Of a stretch of DNA of 64,000 nucleotides, positions 15,072-26,649 are shown in pieces. The position numbers and the translations under genes were made by a program. A model generated the notes under the pieces. That model saw nothing but the letters and a program-made list of their open reading frames with translations. It made no database searches and was not told where the DNA came from. This stretch comes from the human T2T-CHM13v2.0 reference genome, Homo sapiens. How positions within the stretch are numbered: position 1 is the first letter of the stretch; every line of letters starts with the position of its first letter. The stretch is taken from NCBI RefSeq assembly GCF_009914755.1, contig NC_060925.1; one strand, written 5' to 3'.

Positions 15072-15104
<33 letters not shown>
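15072..15104 (+). repeat. (CTG)11 trinucleotide repeat, intronic, read as CUG in the LRRC7 pre-mRNA
   Basis: 33 nt of uninterrupted ctg. Confidence 0.97.
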
Positions 15105-15106
<2 letters not shown>

Positions 15107-15444
15107 AACAGAATGACTTTACAGCATGTTCTTTTCATGCCCATTGTTTGTTTTGCCAAGCCATCTAAGAGCATGAGCTTAATTACTTCATACTAATAGA
15201 TTACTAAATACAAAAGCATCATCCTATTTGCTTAACTGTAAAGGTCGAAGTCACATGCACAGCATCTAAAACAGATGATAGACCTAATTCACTAAGTAGG
15301 GAATTGCCTTTTGGCAAATTAAAGAGCTGCTAAAGAAATTGAATAATATATCCCCTCTCAACAACTTGATCCTTTTGTTCCTTTTCATGGTTCCTTTTCA
15401 ATTCATGGTTCAACTAATGAGGGTGGGTGTCAATTTGCGGGGAA

Positions 15445-15650
15445 AGGGTGGCAGTATAATATAGTCTTTAAAAGGATGACCTTTGATAGACAGACTTGGT
15501 TCAAATGATGGTCCTGTCAGGTTACCAGTTGTATTACTTGGGAAATGTACTTAACCTCTTCCACCCTTAGTTTTGTCCTCAGCAAAATTGGATAATAAAA
15601 ATTACCTCTTTAACACTATTGTGAAGTTTAAAGAGGTAATATGTATATGG
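15445..15650 (+). mobile_element. MIR
   Basis: agacagacttggttcaaat...acttaacctct...ttagttttgtcctcagcaaaattggataataa. Confidence 0.65.
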
Positions 15651-15860
15651 TGTTTTTTGAATGTAAACACTCATTTACACTGAGTGTTTGGGTGGTAGCT
15701 ATTATTTATTAAATGCCAGTTACTGTGTCAGTCATTAAAAACTGTAAGTGGAATATGATGCTTGCTCTTAAAGAGTTCAAAATCAGCATAATCCTGAGCT
15801 CACATCCTGTCCTATCAGAAGAAAAAATATACCTGAAAAGTAAGTCTGAAGGCTATTACA

Positions 15861-15952
15861 CCGGGAGTTCAAGGCTGCAGTGAGCTGTGATCACACCACT
15901 GTACTCCAGCCCGGGCGACAGAGTAAGACTCTGTCTCTAAAAATAAAAATTA
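15861..15952 (+). mobile_element. 5'-truncated AluJ right-arm fragment
   Basis: gggagttcaaggctgcagtgagctgtgatc...A-rich tail; flanks aaggctatta / aaggctacta resemble a TSD. Confidence 0.85.
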
Positions 15953-16405
15953 AAACTCAATTCAAATAACAAAGGCTACTATAGTTCTCCAATATATAGC
16001 ATTAGCTTTTCACCCTTGAATAGACTAGTACTACAATACTCTAATCAACAAAGTAATCCATAAGCAGTTATTAATTTTCTCATGTAGATTATATTTCATG
16101 GAACCAAGCTATGTTCTGGATCCTTCTAAGTTTGTCTGGGTGGAAAAATGCTTTGCTTATCTATATGATCACTTTCAATTAAACTGCCAGTTGTCACTTC
16201 CGCTGGTTCAAGCACTGGCTGAAGACCCATGAATATTCTGCCAGTGGAAGCAGATATAAACTTAAAAATCAATTGATTTGTCAGTAGCCAGGCCAGTCAC
16301 CCTCAGTCAGATAGTTCCATCCCCGGCTCCTCTGACTCCTGAAATCATTTTCTCTAGCTATGTAACTGGGCATGCCAGTGAGTTCATTCAGAATACAGCG
16401 GCACA

Positions 16406-16978
<573 letters not shown>

Positions 16979-18563
16979 TTAGTTGTATTTATGAGGTTAT
17001 AGATCTGTAATCACTGGATATGCGTTGGACAGAGTTGGATTGATAATTGATTTCACATTGTGCTGGTATAGGCTGAAGCCCTTTTTTGCATCTTTTCCTC
17101 CCGTTTCTCATGTCTGAGATATCTTTACTGTTTTCAAATGTAAACAATTGTAAATTATACCAAGACAGTCAATTGGACGTCTAAAATATAATCAAATGGT
17201 TGTTTATTTTGCCTTACATATTGCCAAATAATAATTTTTAATATTTTCTTTTGAAATTGTCTCTTGTTTGGAATCCAGCAATATATTTTTCCTCTGAAAA
17301 TGATTTTTCATTATCACTGTAGTGTTTTTTATGTTGCTCTTCTTTAAAAACTTTAAAATAATTAAATTTAATCTCTTCCATGAATACTTATTTAGTAATT
17401 ATCTTTTTATTACTCCAACCTAACGTTTTCATAGTAATCAAAAATCTTGATTAGTCAGGACATTTCACAAGCTTTCCTAGCTAATGAATTCAAAGGTGAA
17501 ATTCACTTTTGAATTCAAGTCACCTATCCTTAAAAGATCAAGAGGAAAGAAAATGAATTCAGGAAATAAATCCCCACGTCTTTCAATAGCAATGGGTGAA
17601 GTACTAAGCACAGCACTAAAATATATGTTTAAAATTATTCATGATCAGCATTCATTTTCTATGTTAGACCTCCATGTTAAACCATTCTCAGTTTAGAAAG
17701 GCATATTCTGGCTTACCAGCTCACACACAAAACTGCTTGCTTGGTTTGTAGAAAAGACATGAGATAGAATGACGCAAGGAGCTGGTGCTAAAATGAAGGT
17801 GAGAAAACAGGAGTCAACAAAGAAGTACGGGTATGATCGTATCATTTAAAGATGAGAGACCGCAGCAAGCATACCCTCTCTCCTCCACCTTTAAGAATTC
17901 AGAAATGATCATTATCGGTTTAAATAAAGGATACTGATTAATCTCTCTGAAAGCTCATGACTAGATGATCTTCTGCAGAGAGAGCTCATTTCGAAGACGG
18001 TTCCATAGCTAGTGCCCCCACAGGAATTTATCACATGATTAATTTTTAATGTAACTTAGAGATTTCAAAGGCTGTATTTGAATAATGGTGATAATTGATA
18101 AATATTGGTTTTACTCATCTGAACAAACTTACTTGCTTCAGAATCAGAAAACTGTTTCCATCATTTTCCCCATGGTGTTACATATATTAACATCTCTCTG
18201 TAACTCTCTGGTATATTTCAAGATGAAATACCAGATACAGCTCCCCTTTATTTTTAAGTTGCGACTTAATTTTCTTCCTGAGATTTTTCAAACTGAATTT
18301 TCTTCCTTTAAAGTGAGGTTAAAATTATCTCTGGCAAGCCAGCAGATGACTATGAATGTATTTAATGTGACCTTGCTCCAATATTAACATTTTCACAAAC
18401 CACAGTAGGCAGACCCTTACTGTTTCTTCATTATCCTTTCTGGCCATGGCTGAGAGCCCAAATGGTGCCGCTTTACCAGAGAGGTATTCTGTACGTGCTT
18501 TCTACTTTAATCACATCCTTTCAGCACCATGAATCTTTGCCTGACAGATTATCTTCTCCACAG

Positions 18564-18785
18564 GCAGGCAGCCACATCCAGACGTTGATGGGGTCCCAAA
18601 GCCTTCAGCATCGCAGCCGGGAGCAGCAGCCGTATGAAGGAAATATAAACAAAGTGACCATCCAGCAATTTCAGTCACCATTGCCTATTCAGATCCCCTC
18701 TTCACAGGCCACCCGGGGACCTCAGCCTGGACGGTGCTTAATTCAAACTAAAGGGCAAAGGAGTATGGATGGATATCCAGAGCAG
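18564..18785 (+). CDS. LRRC7: LRRC7/densin-180 internal coding exon (222 nt, 74 aa, phase 0/0): [10 protein letters not shown]...[10 protein letters not shown], linker just before the PDZ domain
   Basis: Acceptor tcttctccacag| and donor CAG|gtgaga. Lies within ORF 18462-18899. The peptide matches my recall of the densin-180 C-terminus and joins the next exon in frame (GYPEQ|FCVRIEK). Confidence 0.95.
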
Positions 18786-20527
18786 GTGAGAAGTGTTTCT
18801 TTATTACTGAAAAATCTTCAGGTAAGAAAAGTCCAAAGAATCCATGGTTGGCCTTCCCTCATTAATGTGGTCCAGGACACAATGCCATCACCATGTTGAA
18901 TGGGGTAGGGCCCTCTTTGTGGGGATTTTATCATTCTTTCCAGTGGTTAAGGACTACAACATATAGGAATTTATGGTTGGTAAAATACCCATTTTACAAA
19001 AGGAAAAATTGATGGGGCAGAATAGTTTTTCCAGTACCATCCTACACCCTTTCCTACCCACTCCTAACTCCAATTTAGCTCTACAGTACAGATTTTGAAT
19101 GTTATAAAGGACTTCAATGGATTAGGTATATTTACCAAGTCTGCTGTTGAAACCTTCAGTGTGAAAGTAAACTATATTATTTCCCCCATCTGTGGGAATA
19201 TCTTTTAAAAGTCCTATCTTCTGATTGTTGAATGGTGCAGAGATAAAGCTTTGCTATGAAGATAATTATAAAGAACAGTTAGAAGGGAAATGTTTCTGAC
19301 ATGCTTCAAAAGTTACTGATAACTGCCATGTAGCAAAAAGAATTGCGCTCTTCAAACCTATCTAAAATTAGGATTTGCTTTTCCATTGTAGTATCTGTTT
19401 TAGTTCCTTAGGACTGGAAAACTGAGTGGGATTGCATCTATTGAACTATATTAATCTTAGAAAGTAAAACATTAAGATCTTAATACACTTAAAATTAATT
19501 TCTCTTATTTCATTATTCAGATAGATAGGCAACATTCCTACTGACTTTTCTAACTTTTAATATGGTCTATAAAAGCTTCATTTTATTATTACTTATCAAA
19601 GTTTTTCATATCACCCCACCTGACTTTCTAAACATATCAAAATTAACTTCATTCTCCAGATTTTCCCTTTATATTGTTAAGAGCCATTTATCATTTGGAT
19701 TCCAAGGGCTTTAAACATCTCCTCTATTTTGTAATATCCTTCTTGAAGCCTAGATTACGTACTAATCATTCTCAGAATCATAGGTGCATTGTAAAGATAA
19801 TCTTCTCCCTCTCCTGCCTTAGTCTAGGTCAAGTGTTGAATTTAAGGTATCATAAACCAGACAGGTGCCTTTAATCAGATAATGATATGGGGTTTTTAAT
19901 TCTCCAGATACTCTTAAAAGTTAATACAATTTTAAATTATGCTTTACCAAAGGCATCTTAGGAGGTTAAAAAATTATTCATAGATATGACTTGCCCACAA
20001 GTATCATAACTCAAACCAGTTCTCTGATTTAGTTATTCTTATTAACAGCTACATGGTTTTTTCCTCCCAGAATCAATGCATTTGAAAACGCACTGAGATT
20101 AATGCTATCGGTTTTCGCCTACATTGAAAAGTAGGTTTAGTGTTAGCATGCAATTATTCTGAACACCCTAAATTTAAAGGCTATTTTAATACTATTTCCC
20201 CAAAAATGTAAATTATATAAAGTTTGGCTAGTAAGAGGATTACTAAGTTTTAAAGTTTACACATGTATTGAGTTTAGAACATTATGATTATTTCAGAAAA
20301 AATGTATTTATAGTAGCTCTCAAATGTTTTCATTCACAGCTTGATAACATCAAGTACATTTCAAACTGAGAGATAAAATTTAAGCATTCAATTGAATGCT
20401 TAAACCTGTCTGAACTATAACTCAGAATTGTAGAACTGCCTATATGTTAAGGAAGGGACTTAAATATAACACCTTTTGATGTCTCAGTTTTTTCTGCCTT
20501 GGTTTCAGGCTGAAATGGTTTTAGATG

Positions 20528-20710
20528 TATTGTACATTTCAAAATAGCTAGAAGTGAGGACTTGGAATGTTCTCAACATAGAGAAATGATAAATACTCGT
20601 GGTGATAGGTATCCTAAATGCCTTGACTTGATTACACGTTCTGTGCATGTGACAAAATATCACATGCACCCCATGAATATATACAAATATCATTATGTAT
20701 CAATAAAAAA
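20528..20710 (+). mobile_element. L1MA 3'-end fragment
   Basis: ttgtacatttcaaaatagctagaag...aaatatcacatgcacccc...aataaaaaa is typical of an L1MA 3'UTR. Confidence 0.8.
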
Positions 20711-21279
20711 GACTTTGGAGTGAAAGAAAGCCTAAAGGCATTTAAACAACCAGTTCTGGTCCCCAAACTATGTTACCTGTCATCCCGTTATAAACCTTGA
20801 GTCAGTTTCTTAAAGCTGTTTTCACAGTTGGCCAGCTCATATTGGCACATTGTCATGTGCTCCTCTTCCCAATGGCACCTTCAATGACATCATATTAATA
20901 GGTTGAAGTTGTGGGAAAAATTATACCAGGAACATCAGCAAACACTCCAAATTAGGGCACTCTCCAAACCCCAACCAGCTGTTTATTAAATATTTTCCAG
21001 CACACCACTGACTACTACCCTGATTTCTTTCATCTCTTTTTCTTTTTCTAACCTCTCCACTTCTTCATTTAGCTTAGTGTTCAAGAAAGAGATACTAGGA
21101 CTAGGTCTCAGAATTTGGAGTTCTAGTTTCATGTTTATGTTTATTAGCCACTTGTCCTTGGCCAAGTTGTTAACTCTTCCTGAGCGTCTGTTTCTCTCCT
21201 GATCAAATGAGAACATTGCTACCCACCAACAACATTCAAAAAGAATTTGTCAGAGTCAAATAATACAGTTCTACATATA

Positions 21280-21340
21280 CGCGCGCGCGCGCGCGCGCAC
21301 ACACACACACACACGCACACACACACACACACACACACAC
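21280..21340. repeat. Compound (CG)9(CA)n microsatellite
   Basis: cgcgcg... x9 followed by about 21 ca units (one cg interruption). Confidence 0.97.
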
Positions 21341-22185
21341 TCCCCGTAAGCTTAGCACTGAGGGTATAGAAACAGAAAACAGTAGAAATAGAATATTTTA
21401 AGAATTCAAATATTTGAAGAAACTTAATGATTATCAGTCCCAGCCTCCTTCATCTACAAATAGAAAAACAAACCAAGAAACATTAAAAGAGGCTGAAAGG
21501 TTATATATTTCACTCTCATAATGAAACTATTTCATGTGTGTTTTACTTTCCTAAGTTATATTTCTTTTGAAAATTGAGACCTTTTTAATAAGTGTATGTG
21601 GCTGTGTGTTTTAAAAGAAGACTTTTATTCCAAATTTAACCAGGAAAAAAATGGAGAACATTTAAAACATGTAAAGACTTTATGGAGATTCACATGAAAA
21701 TTATGGAGTAGTGATTTAAGTGCAAAGAGCAGTGAGGTAACATAAAATTTCTAATGTAGATTTGGGGCATATAAATCAAAACAGTCTATTTTAATAAGAC
21801 ATTTCTAGTGGTGCTATAAAAGAGCCATAAAGAGAAAAGCAAAGTTCAACTTAAATTATCTAACAACAATGGTAAATTTGGTCAGGTACAATATGGAAAA
21901 AAATTATTCAACATTTTTAAGAGCAAGGAGACACAGTAAACGTGGTACAAAGAAAGTCTACTCAGTATAATACAACACAATAATTTCTGTTAAAGTAAAG
22001 CTTGGAAACTTTAGTTAAACAGTAGTCACTTATTGAAATACTACAGGTAAAACAAAATCTGATTACAGTGAATACATATTTTTTCATTCAGGAAAAGGAA
22101 ATCTGAATGAAAATAGCAAAGAAAGGGACAGCAGTTACCATATATTAAGCACGTGCTATGTGTTTTACACTCTATTTCTCACACA

Positions 22186-22362
22186 CAGGTCTGGCATCAG
22201 AGGCATGTGACCTGTAGAGTTGCATAAGGTCCTGCACTTAAAAGGGCCCCACATTTGGATTAATGCCCTGCTGTCACCATCTTGTAATTCTTAATAGTTG
22301 TTGATCAAGGAGCCCACTTTTTCATTTTGCATCAGGCCCAACTAATTATATAACCGGTCCTG
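22186..22362. mobile_element. hAT-type MITE (MER91-like) inserted in a MIR
   Basis: Ends caggtctgg...ccggtcctg (imperfect TIRs), 8-bp flanks ctcacaca/cttacata (6/8 match), MIR text on both sides. Confidence 0.7.
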
Positions 22363-23489
22363 CTTACATATACTATTTTATTTCATCCTCATAATAATCT
22401 TATTTTCTTTTTACAAGTGAAGAAACCAAGGCAGAGAGAAAATAATTTATGGAAAGTGTAATTGGCCAAGCTGGAATTTTAAGTCAGGTTTTTTTCTGAC
22501 CCCAGTCCAAGTCCTGTGTCCTAATCTCACTGTAAAATTCACCACATGATCTCAATGCCCTCTCTGTCAAATGATATTAATTAAACCTGCCTGAACTATA
22601 ACTCAGAATTATAGAACTGCCTTATGGAGTGTTCAAGTGAACTCACATGAATACTTGCAATTGCTTTGAAAAGAAAAAGCTACTGAACAAATGGAAACTT
22701 TTATTATTAATGAAAACATACCTCTGTATCCCTTAATGTCACCCAAAGAACTAGTGTATTTTTAACCTGATTAAAATAAGTTCCATGTGGAAATGAACAT
22801 ATATAATAAGTGCCAAAACTGACGACATTGAATGAATTAGAATGAGTGTCATTTGTTATGTAAGCGGAGTATTGAACTTTGTTTAACCATGAAGAAGCAT
22901 TTAGTAAGCTTTGAGGCTCCTCTTCAGTGATAAAACCATCTAAACTTTCAAACTACCCATCACAATAAAAAGGACAAAATATTCAAGAACTCTAGAAACC
23001 TAAACTTCTGGTTTAATGCACTTATTTTCACGTTTATTTTTCAGAAATAATGAGTATCAAGTCTGTTTTCAACTCTAGGTTTAAATTAAATATATGGAAG
23101 TTATGTTTCAACTATAAAATGTTACCCAGATTCAGTGTATTAATTTCTGTAGACTATAAATCTGACTTCAAATAATATCTGCAGCAAAAACCATGTGCAT
23201 GTCACCTGAAGTTCATTATCAGGGGATTTTACTTGAAAAGGAGATTTTAGTGCATAAACCGTTTAGATTACTTACAAACATAATAGAGGGTAAAAGTCAG
23301 AGTTGTATTAAGTAGTGAACTGAATAAAACAGCCAGAAAGTGAAGGTTTGACTCCCATTCCACATGGAAAACCCTTCATCAGAATATTCATCCTATTAGA
23401 TCTCTCCTTTGTGTCCCAGTGTAACTGAAGAAGCTTAAAGATCCCATCCACCTTATCCTCCCCTTCACAATATGGTAATGCTTTATATA

Positions 23490-23661
23490 AATTGTTCTTA
23501 ACCGCAGCTGCAGAATCTGTTGAGGGGCTTTAAAAAACACTGATGTCTTGCTCTCATCCCCAGATAAACTGATTTTAATAGGCTGCATGTGACCTGGGCA
23601 ATGAGACTTTTGAAAACTCCCCAAGGTGATTCTATTGTGTAGCCAAGGTTGAGGAGCACTG
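23490..23661. mobile_element. MER5-family hAT-Charlie MITE
   Basis: ttcttaacc...ctccccaaggtgattctattgtgtagccaaggttgaggagcactg. Confidence 0.75.
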
Positions 23662-24106
23662 CTTTAGATGTTCTATAGCTCAACAATTTATCAGCTGAAT
23701 AATATATTGAGAATATCACTATTTAAAAGCATACATAAGTTGCCCATAAGCTGTTGGATATTTTTAAAAGAAACTAACATCAGCTTTGTTTCTCCCTTTT
23801 GCAAATGTATAATACAAGACACAGTATATTTAAATAAGTAGATAGTATAGATGCCAAAGCAGAAATAAGAAGGAAAAACATCAGCATGATGCTTCAAACC
23901 TTTCAAAACCCTTTTATGTATTCACTGATTTAATTTAATTGATAATGTTGTGATATAGGTAGAGCAGTTTCCATTTTATAGACTACAAAACTAAGACTAA
24001 GATAAGTTCAATGTCTTGCCTGTGGTCACACAATGTAGAAGCTGGGCTGGGATTAGAACCCAGTCTCATGAGTCTACCACATTACATGCTGCAGCCTGCG
24101 TCACAT

Positions 24107-24213
24107 GTCAAGAGTAAATTGACACTGGAAGAGTGAAACGATGGAAAAGTCAAGAGTAGCCAAGCACACAAGTCAAGAGTAAATTCATATTGGAAGAGTG
24201 AAACGATGGAAAA
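24107..24213. repeat. Imperfect 42-bp direct duplication with a partial third copy
   Basis: gtcaagagtaaatt(gacac/catat)tggaagagtgaaacgatggaaaa at 24107-24148 and 24172-24213; gtcaagagta again at 24149. Confidence 0.88.
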
Positions 24214-25268
24214 ATGCACCCTTCACTCCATGTCTGCCCTGGACAAGGGGACCTCCCTAACATATCAAAATGGCAGGAGCCCAACCAACCTAACACATCA
24301 GAATAGCAGGAGCTCCATGGCTGTCTCCTGCCAGTGCCTGCAAGTATACATGCAAATTAAAGTTTGTGCCTGAAAGAGAACTTCTAAGCTCACATTAGAA
24401 TCAGCCTCAGAGAGTTATAAAAAATGATATGCATCCATCATATTTAAGGGAAAAAAAGTTCCAAAACATACTCACAAGGAGATGCTGTAGTCTATCCTGG
24501 AAGAAATCACTTTAATACTTAATATTATGTGGAATACATAAAACAGTTAGCTGAGAGACAGGATTTCAGACTTCTCTTTAGATTAGATGCTCTGGTCAAC
24601 TGCCCAAAGAGCACTCAAGAGTTCCAGGTGAGGACTTCATTTATTGTGTGCAGGTGAAGAAAACTACATTCTGCTGAGTGGTGTAAGAAGAAACATTTGG
24701 AGATATTTGTTTTATTTAAATTATAAATTTTTTAATTAAAAGGGAATAGTTCAGTAAAGGTATTTGTAAAATAGGTATTAATGTAGTTTTAATCTCTGTT
24801 ATTTACTCAAGTTATTTCAGGGACATCCTGTGCCTTATCCTGTCCCACTTAAAGAATTGCTATTTGTGAATATTTCCCCCATAGAATTTTATTCTCCAGT
24901 CATCAAAATAATGCTTCAGTTCTGAATTTGTAATTCATAGTTTGACACAGAGAATGTGTGACTCAACATCAGAAATTCTATCAATTGACTTTATAAGTTG
25001 TGTGCAGTCATATGGTAGAATGCAGTAAACATTGCAGTGGGAATAAAAAGATTTATTTCAATGTTGCACTAAATACATATTATCTTGTTGGTTTCCTTAA
25101 GTCCAAAATGAAGGAAATGAAATGACTAATCTTTAAAATTTATTTCCAGACTAAAAATGCATTTGAGTTTCTGTTTCCTAGATACATACAGAATCAGCTA
25201 ATTTTTTCTGAAAGACCTAGAAAGTGCTACATCAGGGGATTTTATTAGTCAATCTTGATACCAGTACA

Positions 25269-25270
<2 letters not shown>

Positions 25271-25314
<44 letters not shown>

Positions 25315-25587
25315 AGACAAAGCCTCTGTCACCCAGGCTGGTGTGCAGTGGAGCAATCTCACCACAGTCTCCGCCTCCTGGATTCAAGCAATTCTCCTGC
25401 CTCAGCCTCCCGAGTAGCTGGGATTACAGCATGCTCCACCACACCCAGCTAATTTTGGTATTTTTAGTAGAGATGGAGTTTCGCCATGTTGGCCAGGCTG
25501 GTCTCGAACTCCTGGGCTCAAGTGATCCACCCACCTCAGCCTCTCAAAGCTCTGGGATTACAGGCGTGAGCCATTGCACCCAGCTGA
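25271..25587 (-). mobile_element. Alu (S/J-like) with T43 tail and 15-bp TSD
   Basis: Antisense Alu; accagtacatctttt on both sides. Confidence 0.93.
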
Positions 25588-25999
25588 CCAGTACATCTTT
25601 TGGAAAGATTTAACTAGGAATTTTAGCTGGATTTGAATCTTTCATTCACAAGAGGAAAAGATTTGAATATAGAAGAATTTGTATTTCAAAAAATATTAAT
25701 TATCCTTGAATATTAACATGTATACATTTTTATAATCACTGTTTCCTTTTTGAGCCTATTTCATGGGCTTATCAGAAATTTTGGAAAATGCAGAGAAATT
25801 TTATGTGTATTTTGTATGGCTAAGTAATGTACATAATGTAAGTCAAAATGAAAAATTATAATAGCTTATTATTGCATAGCACTCTTTATCATAAAACTGC
25901 TGTTATATAATAACCCATAAAACCAGGAGCTAAAAGTAGCAGTAACTTTAATTTCAAGCTTAATTTACATACCATGAAGCATTCTTTCTGCTTTTGTCA

Positions 26000-26645
26000 A
26001 GTCCTATCGTCAAATCTCCATCCTCATCTCATCTGACCTCTCAGCCATGTAGTTTGACCTTTTTCTCCAAAATTTGTATCCCCAGCCTTCGTCTCTCTCC
26101 TTCACTCCAGAAGTTTATATGCAATTAGCTACTTGTTGACATCTCATCCTGGATGTCTGATGAGTTTCTTAAACTTAGCATGGTTTTAGAAAACCACTTC
26201 CTGCTGCTAACTCTACCAAACCTACTTCCCCATTTCAGTTAATGGCCTATCACCCTTTTGATATGACCAAACGTCCTTGATTCCCCTTCCTCACAGTCTA
26301 CACTCAATCCACAGCAATTTCATCAAGGTATGTCTTGAACCCACCACTTCTCACCACCCACACAGCTACCATCTTAGTTGGCCGTAACCTCACACCTGAC
26401 TACTTCAAAAGCTTCCATATTGCTTTCTCTTCTTCCAGTTTACCTCCTTTTGTCTATTCTCCACTACTAAAGTGATCTTTTTTAATAAACATAAATTATA
26501 TTACACCATTCTTCCTCTTAAAATGCTCTAGTGGCTTTCAACATTTCTGAATAAATTTTAAATCCTTACTATGGTATAGTGTCCCTGCAGATCTAGCCCC
26601 ACCTTCCTCTCCTTCTATTCTTTCTTTAGCTCTGTCATGATGACC
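26000..26645 (+). mobile_element. L2 fragment (part upstream of the L1 insertion)
   Basis: cctcatctcatctgacctctcagc...acatctcatcctggatgtct...cccaccacttctcacc are typical L2 3'-region phrases. Confidence 0.65.
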
Positions 26646-26649
26646 TTGT

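Noticed and set aside
14804-15196. 130-aa ORF with a poly-Ala run
   Set aside because: The Ala run is just the CTG repeat; the rest is low-information intron or transposon remnant with no recognisable domain.
18462-18899. 145-aa ORF as a stand-alone gene
   Set aside because: Its core is the LRRC7 exon with canonical splice sites; the flanks are read-through, partly discussed as alternative splice extensions.
24107-24213. Repeat-spacer-repeat layout resembling a CRISPR array
   Set aside because: Only two diverged copies, in a mammalian intron, with no cas genes.
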